From NCBI GenBank assembly GCA_013265495.1, contig MU057887.1:941985-1005984 (forward strand): a stretch of 64,000 nucleotides of DNA, in the 5' to 3' direction. The position numbers were made by a program, and so were the translations under genes. Position 1 is the stretch's first letter. Every line of letters starts with the position of its first letter. A model generated the notes under the pieces. That model did not search any database. It was given only the letters and a program-made list of their open reading frames with translations, and was not told the origin of the DNA. Source of the DNA: Vicugna vicugna. Lineage: Eukaryota. Shown piece after piece: positions 63,511 through 64,000 of this stretch.

Positions 63511-64000
63511 ATATATCTATATCACTGCAGAGTCTACTGCAACCCCAGGAGGAAGGATGCGGGGCCCCACCTTCCCATCCCCATCCCAGCCCGCCTGCCC
63601 CACACACAGAGGGTTGAGAGAATCATTTCCAAAATACAGCCTTTCCCCCTCTAACCATAGGTTGATGAGTCTCACTCACAGAGCAACGATTCCTTGGAGG
63701 CCGCTGTGATTAGCGCAGCTCTGTCCGTACATCTTGAGCTGCGGGTCCCCTTGAGGGGTTGAGATTTTGCCAGGTTCCCCAGCTCTGACCGCCCGTGTGC
63801 ACACCACTCTACAGAGCCACACGTGCCTTTGAATCCCAGTGGTGTGTGGGCCTGACCTGAGCCCGCGGTGGAAGGATCTTCATCCCCAAGTGACCAAAGA
63901 GGAGACAGAGGCCCAGAGAGGCCCAGGGACCTTTCTGAGACCACACAGCAGAATTCCTCCCACACTTGGGCAGTCACAGTCTCCTAGGCTGGGAACTGCT

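Noticed and set aside
46238..64000. WNT7B exon 1 and promoter
   Set aside because: I found no sequence encoding an MHRNFRKW-like signal peptide and no promoter-type CpG island. It probably lies outside the window.
1..64000. CRISPR array, operon or other novel multi-gene system
   Set aside because: The sequence is mammalian intron and intergenic DNA. I saw no regularly spaced repeat-spacer array and no foreign-composition coding island.

Overview
GC-rich mammalian genomic DNA, probably camelid judging from tRNA-Ala-derived Vic-1-like SINEs and the absence of recognisable Alu, Bov-tA or PRE1 elements. The only protein-coding gene I can support is WNT7B on the minus strand: coding exon 2 (46011-46237), exon 3 (29084-29355), exon 4 (23181-23660, TGA stop) and a ~2.3 kb 3'UTR ending near an AATAAA at 20907-20912. 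I did not find exon 1; it presumably lies beyond the right edge. The rest is intron or intergenic DNA with L1, L2, MIR, MaLR-LTR, MER33-like and SINE relics, simple repeats and several candidate enhancers. The most notable anomaly is that exon 3 has no in-frame GT donor: it reads AAG|TGATGC, an immediate stop codon. As assembled the gene is broken, either by a small sequence error (more likely) or by a loss-of-function allele. I see no convincing evidence of a novel multi-gene system. Apart from those covering the three exons, the ORF-track entries look like chance ORFs of GC-rich DNA. Repeat boundaries and subfamily names are approximate and come from recalled consensus sequences.
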